Source: Macrostomum hystrix (Eukaryota; Animalia; Platyhelminthes). From it: a DNA stretch of 64,000 bases. Below, in pieces: positions 23,311 through 35,900 of the stretch; within the stretch, counting starts at the first letter, position 1; each line of letters begins with the position of its first letter. Location: contig CATNEN010000038.1 in NCBI GenBank assembly GCA_950097015.1, positions 20,708,001 to 20,772,000 of the forward strand, in the 5' to 3' direction. Below the pieces are notes generated by a model. The model had not been told where the DNA came from, did not search any database, and saw only the letters and a program-made list of their open reading frames with translations. Both the position numbers and the translations under genes were made by a program.

Positions 23311-25842
23311 TCATTTATCGCTATCTGGCTTGTTGGGCACATTCCATTTCTCGAGTAGAGGCCAAACTGATCTGCAAAAATTAGTGACGAACTAATTGTT
23401 ACCGGTTTAAACTACTTACAGTAGCTTGAAAGCACTTTGAAATTAAGTATTCATTTCAAAGACTGAATTGTGAATTAATAAAAACTAATGAATTAATGAA
23501 TGAATGAATGAATGAAATAATTAATTAATTAATTTGTTAATTAATTAATTAATTATTAAATAAATAAATGATTGAATGAATGAATGAATGAATAAATGAA
23601 TTAATTAATGAATTAATTAATGAATGAATGAATTAATTAATTAATTAATAAATGAATGATTGAATGAATTAATTAATTATTAAATAAATGAATGATTGAA
23701 TGAATGAATGAATGAATGAATGAATGAATGAATGAATGAACGAATGAATGAATGATTGAATGAATGAATGAATGAATGAATGAATGAATGATTGAATGAA
23801 TGAATGAATGAATGAATGAATGAATGAATGAATGAATGAATGAATGAATGAATGAATGAATGATTGAATGAATGAATGAATGAATGAATTAATTAATTAA
23901 TTAATTAATGATTGAATAAACGAATGAATTAATGAATGAATGAATTAATTAATTAATTAATGATTGAATTAACGAATGAATGAATGAAGGAATGAATGAA
24001 TGAATTAATTAATTAATTAATGATTGAATAAACGAATGAATGAATGAATGAATGAATTTATGATGAATGATGAAGAATCACTCCTCGTCCTCACTTGTAA
24101 ATCTCGTACAGTGTGTCGTCATTCTTCTTGACTACGACATCTTTCTGCTCGGCAGTGAGACTGGAACCGAGCGACTCCTTGAAGCTGCTGAGGTACACGT
24201 CCCACAGGCTGCAGTGTTGTTTTAGCTCTTCTATCAGCGTCGTGAGGTCCTTGCTCTGACTGCGGTCAGCTCGCTGGCGCCGGTGAATAGCCGGGCTGAT
24301 GCAGCGAATGGAGTCTGCATGGCAACAAAGGACGGTGGAATGCTCACGTTAGCCAAACTTGAGATGTCTCACCTTTCCTCTGTCTCATCACTCCTGTCTA
24401 TTCTAGAATCTCTATTCTATAGGAATCTCCATCCTAGAGTGGTGAGTGGCAGAGCGGTTAACGCGTTTGCCTCTCACACCAAGAAAGGTCCCTGAGCTCG
24501 ATTCCGCGGCGAGGCCACATTCACTTGGGGTGCAGCCGCGGAGAGAATCTTGGCGTCTTGCCGTGCAATTTACGTCCTTGAGGGCCAACCTCCAAGGAAC
24601 AGTGAAGGTGTACACTGCCTGACGATGAGAAAGTCAGAGCAGATGTACACACCTGTGTGAGCGTATGCCTGCGTACAGTATCTGTGTGCGTGTGTACTTA
24701 GGAGTCAGTGGAATGGGCAGAATTGCCTCCTCGCTGGCTGTGGGTCTAGTGACACCAAATGATGTGCCATTGCCCGCAGCCCTCCTGCGATTGTTAATAT
24801 CAATCAATCTCTTTCTCCAGTCTAACATCTATCCTGTCTAACACCTCTCCTGTCTAACATCTCTCCTGTCTAACACCTCTTCTGTCTAACATCTATCCTG
24901 TCTAACACCTCTCCTGTCTAACACCTCGCCTGTCTAACACATCGCCTGTCTAATGCCTCTCCCGTCTTATATTTATCCTGTCTAACATCTGTCCTGTCTA
25001 CCATTTATCCTGTCTAACACCTCTCCTGTCTAACATCTCTCCTGTCTAACATCTCTCCTGTCTAACATCTCTCCTGTCTAACATCTCTCCTGTCTAACAC
25101 CTCTCCTGTCTACCATCTCTCCTGTCTACCATCTCTCCTGTCTACCATCTATCCTGTCTAACACCTCTCCTGTCTACCATCTCTCCTGTCTACCATCTCT
25201 CCTGTCTACCATCTATCCTGTCTAACACCTCTCCTGTCTAATACCTCGCCTGTCTAACACATCGCCTGTCTAACACATCGCCTGTCTAACACCTCTCCTG
25301 TCTTAAATTTATTCTGTCTAAAATCTCTCCTGTCTAACATCTATCCTGTCTAGCACCTCGCCTGTCTAACACATCTCCTGTCTAACACATCTCCTGTCTA
25401 ACACATCTCCTGTCTAACACATCTCCTGTCTAACACATCTCCTGTCTAACACATCTCCTGTCCAACACATCTCCTGTCTAACACATCTCCTGTCTCAAAC
25501 TCAAAACTCACAGTTTAGCCCTCTTGATTTGTACTTCTCCAGTTTCGCGGCCAACTGTCGCTCTCGCTCTTTTTCGCTGGCTGCCGAGGAGGGCGGCACC
25601 AGCTGCGACTTATCGATGCCCTTCAGCAGATCGCTGTAGGCAGCCAGCGCCCACTTGACCATCTCCTCAGCGGTTCCCTGTTCGCTACGAATTATTTCGC
25701 AGAGGTGGCTATAAAAAGCTTGAGCAATCTTTGGAATCCTGGTGCGCAGCTGCTGCTGCTGTTTCTGCTGTTGTTGCTGCTGCAGCTGCTGCTGCGGTTT
25801 CTGCTGTTGTTGTTGCTGCTGCTGCTGCTGCTGTTTCTGCTG

Positions 25843-25873
<31 letters not shown>

Positions 25874-25992
25874 TGTTTCTGCTGTTGTTGCTGCTGCAGC
25901 TGCTGCTGCTGCTGTAATCTTCTCGACATAGTCTCACCCTGACGAGTGGACGCGGTAGCTGAAACTGAATAATTGCGATTTCTTGTTGCCAT
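23311..25992 (-). CDS. Uncharacterised polyglutamine-containing helical protein
   Basis: Exons 25992-25512, 24314-24095, 23371-23311 join in phases 1 and 2 with GT-AG, giving ...KSRGLNYSIRCISP...LIEELKQHCSLWDVYL...IYKSVWPLLEKWNVPNKPDSDK*. Confidence 0.72.
23487..24075. repeat. (TGAA)n/(TTAA)n microsatellite in intron
   Basis: Direct reading. Confidence 0.97.
24443..24798 (+). mobile_element. SINE family A copy
   Basis: TGGCAGAGCGGTTAACGCG head through GCCCGCAGCCCTCCTGC tail. Confidence 0.9.
24820..25496. repeat. 16-17-bp minisatellite (TCCTGTCTAACA core)
   Basis: Unit TCTCTCCTGTCTAACAC and variants. Confidence 0.95.
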
Positions 25993-26276
25993 GCTTCGGT
26001 AGGAATAAGCTCAATTTAAAAACCCTTAAAAAGTAGAAAATGTTTAGCACTGATGATTAATAATATTGCTATTCTTTTAATTTACAATATTCTCCAGAGT
26101 AGATAAGCGAGTTCATCTTCTCTTTACGAGGGGCGCATTTCTAGATTAGATTACTGTCTATGGCCAATCATCGTTCCAATAAAGCTCTCTACATTTTTGG
26201 CTTCAGGTAGTATCTTTAATTGCTTTGCATATTTCAGCAACCTTTCAGGGACTTAAAAATTTTTAAAGGTATCTAG

Positions 26277-27792
26277 GTTGCTGACATTCTCTCCAAGTAG
26301 CTGACATTCTCTCCAAGTCGCTGACATTCTCTCATAGTAGCTGACATTCTCTCATAGTAGCTGACATTCGCTAATAGTAGCTGAAATTCGCTAATAGTAG
26401 CTGACATTCTCTTCTAGTAGCTGACATTCTCTCATAGTAGCTGACATTCTCTCCAAGTAGCTGACATTTTCTCCAAGTAGTTGACATTCTCTCATAGTAG
26501 CTGACATTCGCTAATAGTAGCTGACATTCTCTCATAGTAGCTGACATTCTCTCCAAGTAGCTGAAATTCTCTCCAAGTAGCTGACATTTTCTCCAAGTAG
26601 TTGACATTCTCTCATAGTAGCTGACATTCGCTAATAGTAGCTGACATTCTCTCATAGTAGCTGACATTCTCTCCAAGTAGCTGACATTCTCTCATAGTAG
26701 CTGACATTCGCTAATAGTAGCTGACATTCTCTCATAGTAGCTGACATTCTCTCATAGTAGCTGACATTCTCTCCAAGTAGCTGAGATTCTCTCATAGTAG
26801 CTGACATTCTCTCATAGTAGCTGACATTCGCTAATAGTAGCTGACATTCTCTCATAGTAGCTGACATTCGCTAATAGTAGCTGACATTCTCTCATAGTAG
26901 CTGACATTCTCTCCAACTAGCTGACATTCTCTCATAGTAGCTGACATTCGCTAATAGTAGCTGACATTCTCTCATAGTAGCTGACATTCTCTCCAACTAG
27001 CTGACATTCTCTCATAGTAGCTGACATTCGCTAATAGTAGCTGACATTCTCTCATAGTAGCTGACATTCGCTAATAGTAGCTGACATTCTCTCATAGTAG
27101 CTGACATTCTCTCCAACTAGCTGACATTCTCTCATAGTAGCTGACATTCGCTAATAGTAGCTGACATTCTCTCATAGTAGCTGACATTCTCTCCAAGTAG
27201 CTGACATTCTCTCATAGTAGCTGACATTCGCTAATAGTAGCTGACATTCTCTCATAGTAGCTGACATTCTCTCCAAGTAGCTGACATTCTCTCATAGTAG
27301 CTGACATTCGCTAATAGTAGCTGACATTCTCTCATAGTAGCTGACATTCGCTAATAGTAGCTGACATTCTCTCCAAGTAGTTAACATTCTCTCATAGTAG
27401 CTGACATTCTCTCATAGTAGCTGACATTTTCTCATAGTAGCTGACATTCGCTAATAGTAGCTGACATTCTCTACAATTAGCTGACATTCTCTCCAAGTAG
27501 CTGACATTTTCTCCAAGTAGTTGACATTCTCTCCAGGTAGCTGACATTGTCTTCTAGTAGCTGACATTCTCTCATAGAAGCTGACATTCTCTCTAGGTAG
27601 CTGACATTCTCTCATAGAAGCTGACATTCTCTCCAAGTAGCTGGTATTATCTTCTAGTAGCTGACATTCTCTCTAGGTAACTGACATTCTTTCCAGGTAG
27701 CTGACATTCTTTCCAGGTAGCTGACATTCTCTCTAGGTAGCTGACATTCTCTCTAGGTAACTGACATTCTCTCAAGGTAGCTGACATTTTCT
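26277..27792. repeat. 20-bp intergenic minisatellite
   Basis: Unit GTAGCTGACATTCTCTCATA, about 75 copies with recurring variant patterns. Confidence 0.97.
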
Positions 27793-28639
27793 GGTATATG
27801 AAAAGCAAAAATAATATTCGAAGTTATACTGAATATTTATTGGCACTAAAACATTTCACGCAGTAAAATATGTCGTACTTTAATAGGAATACCATTGTAT
27901 TGTGTCGAAACAATTTCGGCACAATTATTTTAAGCTAAATTACAATTGCCTTGACCTAAACGTCTGTCATAAGAGCTGTGTTTATAAAAAGTTCAAACTT
28001 TTGTTTTAATTTTCAAACCCTGCCTTCCAACCCAGCCTGATTACAACTGTCACCATCTAACCAAGGCCATAGGGTCAAGGTCAGCAAAAGGTGATGCCAT
28101 TGCCGATTGCTATAGAAGTTCAGCATATATGAAATTGTCAAGCTTACATTAGATTTCTCTAAATGCATCACTATTTGATTTAATATGACTTAATCTTCTT
28201 AATCAATTAGTTTTTTAGTATTTTATTGATATCTTTGTCTCATTTCTTCGCAAACAATTAAGTCGGCAAAAATATTCAAATTAAAAATTTCGCCGATTTA
28301 GCGCGATAGCGATAGATTTATCGTTATTATATCACAAATTAACTGCTTATTTTTCTCGTTACATGTGCGTTATGTTCGCGCCAATTTAAACTGACCTGGT
28401 CATTTAATTTACATCGATCGTTTAATAATATTATATTTACCAACCAAATATACATCGTTCAATATTGGCAAAACTGGTATTTTGCCTGAGCGAAAATCTA
28501 CTACTACCGCGAAAAGCACTTGTTGGCTCGTACTTTTAACTTTCTCAACACTTTCTTAACCAGGGTGGATTTTTCCCCTGAGAATTGTATTAAATTTTTG
28601 GGGAAAAATTAGCTGTGAATTTTTCTTTTTGTGCTGCAC

Positions 28640-29150
28640 CCGTACGGAGCAACGCAAGCACTCGAAACTCAAGAACACGGGCCAAATTTTGTTGCGCATC
28701 TTCTGAAAAAATCAAGTCGCCAGATCTTCAGACCGTCGAGATATTCAATGTTTCTGGCCGAAGGTCTGATTTTTCCTATAAGAGCTAGTGTATTTCATAC
28801 ACCCCTATATACAAATTTGCACTGCGCCTCAGTGCGGCCTTGCCAGGCCTTCACAATTCATCAGCATGTCACCCGATTGTGCCTGCATCATCTCCGTCTT
28901 CGGTGGTCGAATCCATTGATTCCACCTGTTGTATCAATGGATACAACAGGTGGAAATAAGGAACTATGGACACCCTGACGCGAATTTCTCCAATTTCACT
29001 GCTCAAGCCAAAATATTAGGCGCAGCTCAACCTCAGTACACCATCGCCTATTCTGTCAACCAATCAGTCACCACTTAACGCTGTCAGCATTCAGGCGCTG
29101 CCAAAATAATTACTTGGTATAAAAATGGGCGGCAAAATGGCTTGGTACTC
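28640..29150 (+). mobile_element. Unclassified interspersed repeat, copy 1
   Basis: About 500 bp aligning by eye to the reverse complement of 40432-40968. Confidence 0.8.
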
Positions 29151-29969
29151 CAACTGTTAATCGCCTAACCCTTTCGTCTGCTAGCCTAGTCTGCTAGTCT
29201 ACAATTAATTATCGATTTATTTCCTTCCCCCCCAGTGAGCCCCAAGGGTTGTTTCTCTAACCCCTCGTTTGGTCATAGTCAGATTTGCTTAGTGTGGGGC
29301 TCAATGTACGCTGTACCCCTGTACATGTATACCCCTCAGCTTACGAGTGTCAATGATTGGGGGCCAATGATTTAGGACCTTTGGCTCGCGCATAAAATCT
29401 CTACCACTCTTACTCGTTCAATGACATTGCACAAGAGACATGCTGGGAAATTATTTAAGGTCACAGAAAAGTATACTGAGTTGATGGTAATATTTTATCA
29501 GGATATAGTCTACTTCTCGATACTGACATAAAATTAGTGACTGATATACGCTCGTGTTTAGAAGCATATTTTAATTAGCCAATCAATTAGCATTAAGCAG
29601 TTTAATTTTAATGATAATATCAGAACAATAGAAATAGAGTTGCCACAGGCGCAGCTGTTGCGCAACGCATCTAAAGGCTTCGTGTCCATCTGTTCAGTCC
29701 ATGGACTGGGGACATCGCCTAGCGAATTTCTACCCCAGCTGGATGAACTGAATCACTCGGAAACGTATTGCCTTGTACAAACGCGCAAATCAATTATTTT
29801 CCCTGGGCTGAGATTCGAACTCCCGACCTCACAGCCAAACCACTGGGCTATAAGTTCCACTTAAGGTAGCTGACTGACAGTCTTAGAATTAGTTACAAAT
29901 CGTGTCTGCAAGGTACTTCTACCACTAATCGCAGCTGATTACAGTAGAGGTCAAGATTAAAGCTGTTTA

Positions 29970-32900
29970 TCAGTTCACATGGACCATATGCACAGTGTTG
30001 TTGAAGATTTCCGCCTTGCCATCGCTAATTAGAGCCACTTCAATCAAGGCCAATGTGACAGTGTCATTGGCATTACCGCCGATATTATTCAGCTCAGTAG
30101 AGCAGACTGTAAAGTGCTTCAAATATTTTTGCTTGAACTTGACCATGCCGTCAGCAGAAGCTGGCTGTCCCGCAAAGCTCGTTGAAACAGACTGAAGGCC
30201 GTTGGCTCTGGACAGAGTAGCTCGAAAGTGGCATTGCTTTTGTCCATAACGAATGTCGTTCTGGACTTTAACGAAGGTGCCGACGCTGCCACTTGAAAGC
30301 TCCATGGCTTTGTGCACAATGCGATGACCCTGGACGCACACCTGAGATACGTTTCCACTGATGTAGCTAGGCAACGTCTGGCAGGTTTCGTTGACTAAAT
30401 TACATCTGCGAGATTGCATTTGAGTTGGTTGATTGTCAGGTGGTTTGAGTTGGTTGATTGTCAGGTGGTTTGAGTTGGTTGATTGTTAGATGGGTTTGAG
30501 TTGGTTGATTGTCAGGTGGATTGAGTTGGTTGATTGTCAGGTGGGTTTGTGTTGGTTGATTGTCAGGTGGGTTTGAGTTGGTTGATTGTCAGGTGGGTTT
30601 GTGTTGGTTGATTGTCAGGTGGATTGAGTTGGTTGATTGTCAGGTGGGTTTGTGTTGGTTGATTGTCAGGTGGGTTTGAGTTGGTTGATTGTCAGGTGGT
30701 TTGAGTTGGTTGATTGTCAGGTGGTTTGAGTTGGTTGATTGTTAGATGGGTTTGAGTTGGTTGATTGTCAGGTGGATTGAGTTGGTTGATTGTCAGGTGG
30801 GTTTGTGTTGGTTGATTGTCAGGTGGGTTTGTGTTGGTTGATTGTCAGGTGGGTTTGAGTTGGTTGATTGTCAGGTGGTTTGAGTTGGTTGATTGTCAGG
30901 TGGGTTTGAGTTGGTTGATTGTCAGGTGGGTTTGAGTTGGTTGATTGTCAGGTGGGTTTGAGTTGGTTGATTGTCAGGTGGTTTGAGTTGGTTGATTGTC
31001 AGGTGGGTTTGAGTTGGTTGATTGTCAGGTGGGTTTGAGTTGGTTGATTGTCAGGTGGGTTTGAGTTGGTTGATTGTCAGCTGGGTTTGAGTTGGTTGAT
31101 TGTCAGGTGGTTTGAGTTGGTTGATTGTCAGGTGGGTTTGAGTTGGTTGATTGTCAGGTGGGTTTGAGTTGGTTGATTGTCAGGTGGTTTGAGTTGGTTG
31201 ATATCGACGATGATTTACTGGGATGTAGGCCACACTGCCTCAGCTCACTTAAAATTCAAAGTATTGCCTTGTGATAACACTGCAGTCTGGTTGAAGCCAA
31301 TTGGACAGGCTACGCTGTAACAGGCGTAGCGCCCGCGATAGTTGAAGCAACTGGAGCCAGCAGTTGAGCATTCGTTATCGACCAGCTGGCATTCGTCAAT
31401 GTCTGCATGAATCGCATCGGAAGACGGATAATGTTATTTCGTACAACTGAGGCATATCATAAGTTTAGGGCACTAGAACAATAGCGTTGAATTAGCTGTG
31501 GGGATAATTTGTTAGCTTTGTTGAATCAGAAATGAAAATGCTCGTACGCGCTACCAGAAGGCTGGCTAAACTAGCTATTGGCTACTATTTTAAAACCTTT
31601 TTGGAAACCTCTTTTCCACAGCCTGTCTCCGCGTCTCACCCTCGCAGAGGTTGGTGCTGCGGTTGAACACGAAGCCGCTTCGGCAATGGCAATCGTAGCC
31701 GCCAAGCGTGTTGCGACACGCGGCTTCAGCCGGGCAGGCGTTCAGCTTGCACTCGTCGATGTCAGCGCAGGTGCCGCCAACAATTTCGGTGGCCATGTAT
31801 CCAGGCGGGCAGTTGCAGGTGTAGCCTCCGACTGGTCGATTGTGGCAGGTGCCAACTAGGCCGCAGACACCCGGCCGCTCGGAGCATTCGTCAATGTCCG
31901 CGCAGGCTGAAACCGTAGCATTGTTGGAGGCCAGTTCACGACGTCGATAGCCATCGGGGCAGGCGCACAAATAAGATCCGGGACTGTTGCGACACACCAG
32001 GGGCGCGGAGCACAGCTTAATTCCATTGGTTGAGCATTCGTCTATGTCTGTTAAGTGTTCGGATCGCATTTCGGAAACAATGTAACTTTTAAAAATCAAT
32101 ATAGTTTATGGCTTAGCTTTTAGTTTTGATTCTAAACTGATCTTTTCGATCCGATTCTGATTGAGTTGTTTTCCATATAGAAATATTTATAGTCGGATGC
32201 TTACCAATGCACTCCTTGTGAAAGCCAACCCGTTGAAAGCCAGGCGTGCAATGGCAGGCGTACGAGCCGTGGGTGTTGTTGCACACCTCATTTCGCCCAC
32301 ACTTGTATTGGCCTAGACGGCACTCGTCGATGTCTTGAGGGAGGTAGCATAATAGGAATTATACATCGGTAGCAATTTTTGACACATTCTAAATTTATAT
32401 TAAACAGTGCATGACAACGCTTTACCAACGCAGCTAGAGTGATCGAAGCTCAATCCGAAGCCGGGCTCGCAAACCTTGTCCCGCGACAGGCAGTCGAAAT
32501 GGCCTCGCGTGTTACGGCACACGTCGTTGATGTCGCAATTGTGCAGGCCTTCTGTGCATTCGTTAATGTCTGTAACATCCAAAAAGCACAATGATTTAGT
32601 CAAGAAAATTATTTTTTTGAGCTGGCGACAAAGCAACCTCCAGCCCGAGAGTAACCACCTCCGACAGCCACCCCACTCTTACAGCTACCCGCTCTGACAG
32701 CCACCCCATCCCGACAGCCACCCCACTCCGACAGCCACCTCACTCCGACAGCCACCCCACTCTGACAGCTACCCGCTCTGACAGCCACCCCATCCCGACA
32801 GCCACCCCACTCCGACAGCCACCTCACTCCGACAGCCACCCCACTCTGACAGCTACCCGCTCTGACAGCCACCCCATCCCGACAGCCACCCCACTCCGAC

Positions 32901-35900
32901 AGCCACCTCACTCCGACAGCCACCCCACTCTGACAGCTACCCGCTCTGACAGCCACCCCATCCCGACAGCCACCCCACTCCGACAGCCACCTCACTCCGA
33001 CAGCCACCCCACTCTGACAGCTACCCGCTCTGACAGCCACCCCATCCCGACAGCCACCTCACTCTGACAACCCCTCGAATCCGATCCCTACAATAACCCA
33101 AAAATCACTCTTACTGCTACGTAGCAAATCGTCAGTAGATAGGCGAAGTTAAACAAATACCTGACCTTCACATAACCTCGTTGTCGCATTCATTCGAAAG
33201 CCTTCCGTGCAGACACACTCGCCGGTTTGTGAGTTCAGCCTGTTAAAAGTTTAAAGAGAAGGGCTTTAAGAGAGGAGTTTCAGATTTACATAAATAATTT
33301 GACTTCTTGGATTGAATGTGCGGGTTGGTGTTAATAAAATTTGATTGCAACGACTGATAATAAATTTACCGCTAGATACTTACTCCTGCAATTTTCCACA
33401 CTGCTTTGACTCGCACCGATAAGAGCCATCCAGATTGATGCAGTTGCGCGCGACCCCGCAGATTCGGACGTGCTCTGCGCACTCGTTAATGTCTGTGTAA
33501 AGCATTTCGATTGTGCGTGCTTCATGGAAGTGTAGAATTTCTTTAGGAATACTTTCTACTAAATCTTATGTACCTAAATAAAAAGGCCTCCTATTTTAAA
33601 ACACGATGCTTTCTATGAAATTGAACGAAATTTTAACGCACCGATGCACATGGTTCCATTGTAGTTAGCTCTCCTGCCCATCGGGCAGAAGATCTTGGGC
33701 CTACATTCGTATCCGCCAGCGTAATTAATGCATCGTAAATGCGGTGGACAGCTCTTGACTTTGCCGCTGCTGTTCTTGGGCCTTGACGCGTTGCATTCGT
33801 TGATATCGACGCAAACATTTCGATTGTCTAGCTCGAAGCCACGCCTGCATGGATTGCATTGTCCGGTAGTTCGGTCCAGGTGCTTTCCTGGCGGACAACT
33901 CCGGTAGTCGCAGCGAAACGTGCCTTCTAGATTGACGCACACTTTAATTGGCAGCTTCAGGCCGCAAGCTGCTTCGTAGCCAAGGATGGTACATTCGTCA
34001 ATATCTAGACGCGATTGATTTGGTGGCATCAGTCTTTGAGTTGGTTGATTGTCAAGTGGAATTGAGTTGGTTGATTGTCAGGTGGGTTTGAGTTGGTTGA
34101 TTGTCAGGTGGGATTGAGTTGGTTGATTGTCAAGTGGGATTGAGTTGGTTGATTGTCAGGTGGGATCGAGTTGGTTGATTGTCAGGTGGGATTAAGTTGG
34201 TTGATTGTCAGGTGGGTTTGAGTTGGTTGATTGTCAGGTGGGTTTGAGTTGGTTGATTGTCAAGTGGGATTGAGTTGGTTGATTGTCAAGTGGGATTGAG
34301 TTGGTTGATTGTCAGGAGGGATCGAGTTGGTTGATTGTCAGGTGGGATTGAGTTGGTTGATTGTCAGGTGGGTTTGAGTTAGTTGATTGTCAGGTGGGAT
34401 TGAGTTGGTTGATTGTCAGGTGGGTTTGAGTTGGTTGATTGTCAGGTGGGTTTGAGTTAGTTGATTGTCAGGTGGGTTTGAGTTGGTTGATTGTCAGGTG
34501 GGTTTGAGTTAGTTGATTGTCAGGTGGGTTTGAGTTGGTTGATTGTCAGGTGGGTTTGAGTTAGTTGATTGTCAGGTGGGATTGAGTTGGTTGATTGTCA
34601 GGTGGGTTTGAGTTGGTTGATTGTCAGGTGGGTTTGAGTTAGTTGATTGTCAGGTGGGTTTGAGTTGGTTGATTGTCAGGTGGGTTTGAGTTGGTTGATT
34701 GTCAGGTGGGTTTGAGTTAGTTGATTGTCAGGTGGGATTGAGTTGGTTGATTGTCAGGTGGGATCGAGTTGGTTGATTGTCAGGTGGGATTGAGTTGGTT
34801 GATTGTCAGGTGGGTTTGAGTTAGTTGATTGTCAGGTGGGATTGAGTTGGTTGATTGTCAGGTGGGATTGAGTTGGTTGATTGTCAGGTGGGATTGAGTT
34901 GGTTGATTGTCAGGTGGGTTTGAGTTGGTTGATTGTCAGGTGGGATTGAGTTGGTTGATTGTCAGGTGGGTTTGAGTTGGTTGATTTTCAGGTGGGTTTG
35001 AGTTGGTTGATTGTCAGGTGGGTTTGAGTTGGTTGATTGTCAAGTGGGTTTGAGTTAGTTGATTGTCAGGTGGGATTGAGTTGGTTGATTGTCAGGTGGG
35101 ATCGAGTTGGTTGATTGTCAGGTGGGATTGAGTTGGTTGATTGTCAGGTGGGTTTGAGTTGGTTGATTTTCAGGTGGGTTTGAGTTGGTTGATTGTCAGG
35201 TGGGATTAAGTTGGTTGATTGTCAGGTGGGTTTGAGTTGGTTGATTTTCAGGTGGGTTTAAGTTGGTTGGTTGTCAGGTGGTTTGAGTTGGTTGATTGTC
35301 AGGTGGGTTTGAGTTGGTTGATTGTCAGGTGGGTTTGAGTTGGTTGATTGTCAGGTGGGTTTGAGTTGGTTGATTGTCAGGTGGGTTTGAGTTGGTTGAT
35401 TGTCAGGTGGTTTGAGTTGGTTGATTGTCAGGTGGTTTGAGTTGGTTGATTGTCAGTTGGGTTTGAGTTGGTTGATTGTCAGGTGGGTTTGAGTTGGTTG
35501 ATTGTCAGGTGGTTTGAGTTGGTTGATTGTCAGGTGGGTTTGAGTTGGTTGATTGTCAGGTGGGTTTGAGTTGGTTGATTGACGTTGATTTACTGGGATG
35601 TAGGCCGCACTGGTTCTGCTCACTTAATGCTCTTTAACACTGTCATGAAATGAAATGTTTTGGTGTCTATTTGTTTTCCGAGCGGAAATACACTCGAATG
35701 TCACTAAAGTAGGACCATGCTCCATTATTTTGTAAGGTTATATTCCGGCTTGTCATTTGCTGTGTGCATATCAAGAGGTTCTATTTATGAGCAGTTATCT
35801 ACCACATATGATTGCTCCTGTTTTTTCAAACAAGCACAGTGACATGTAAGAACCAAATCCACCCCCTCTTCCTCACCCATGCATTTGCCGAGTGTCTCAT

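Noticed and set aside
24612-24650. CTGACGA..GAAA resembling a hammerhead core or SECIS
   Set aside because: Only 3 nt separate the motifs (no stem II) and they sit in a plain hairpin; no in-frame UGA selenoprotein context.
24718-24790. GCCTCCTCGCTGGC in SINE A matches my recollection of the P3-L3 segment of the genomic HDV ribozyme
   Set aside because: No upstream P1 strand, no GG for P1.1 at the required place and no convincing P2; simple hairpins explain the region. A co-transcriptional cleavage assay would settle it.
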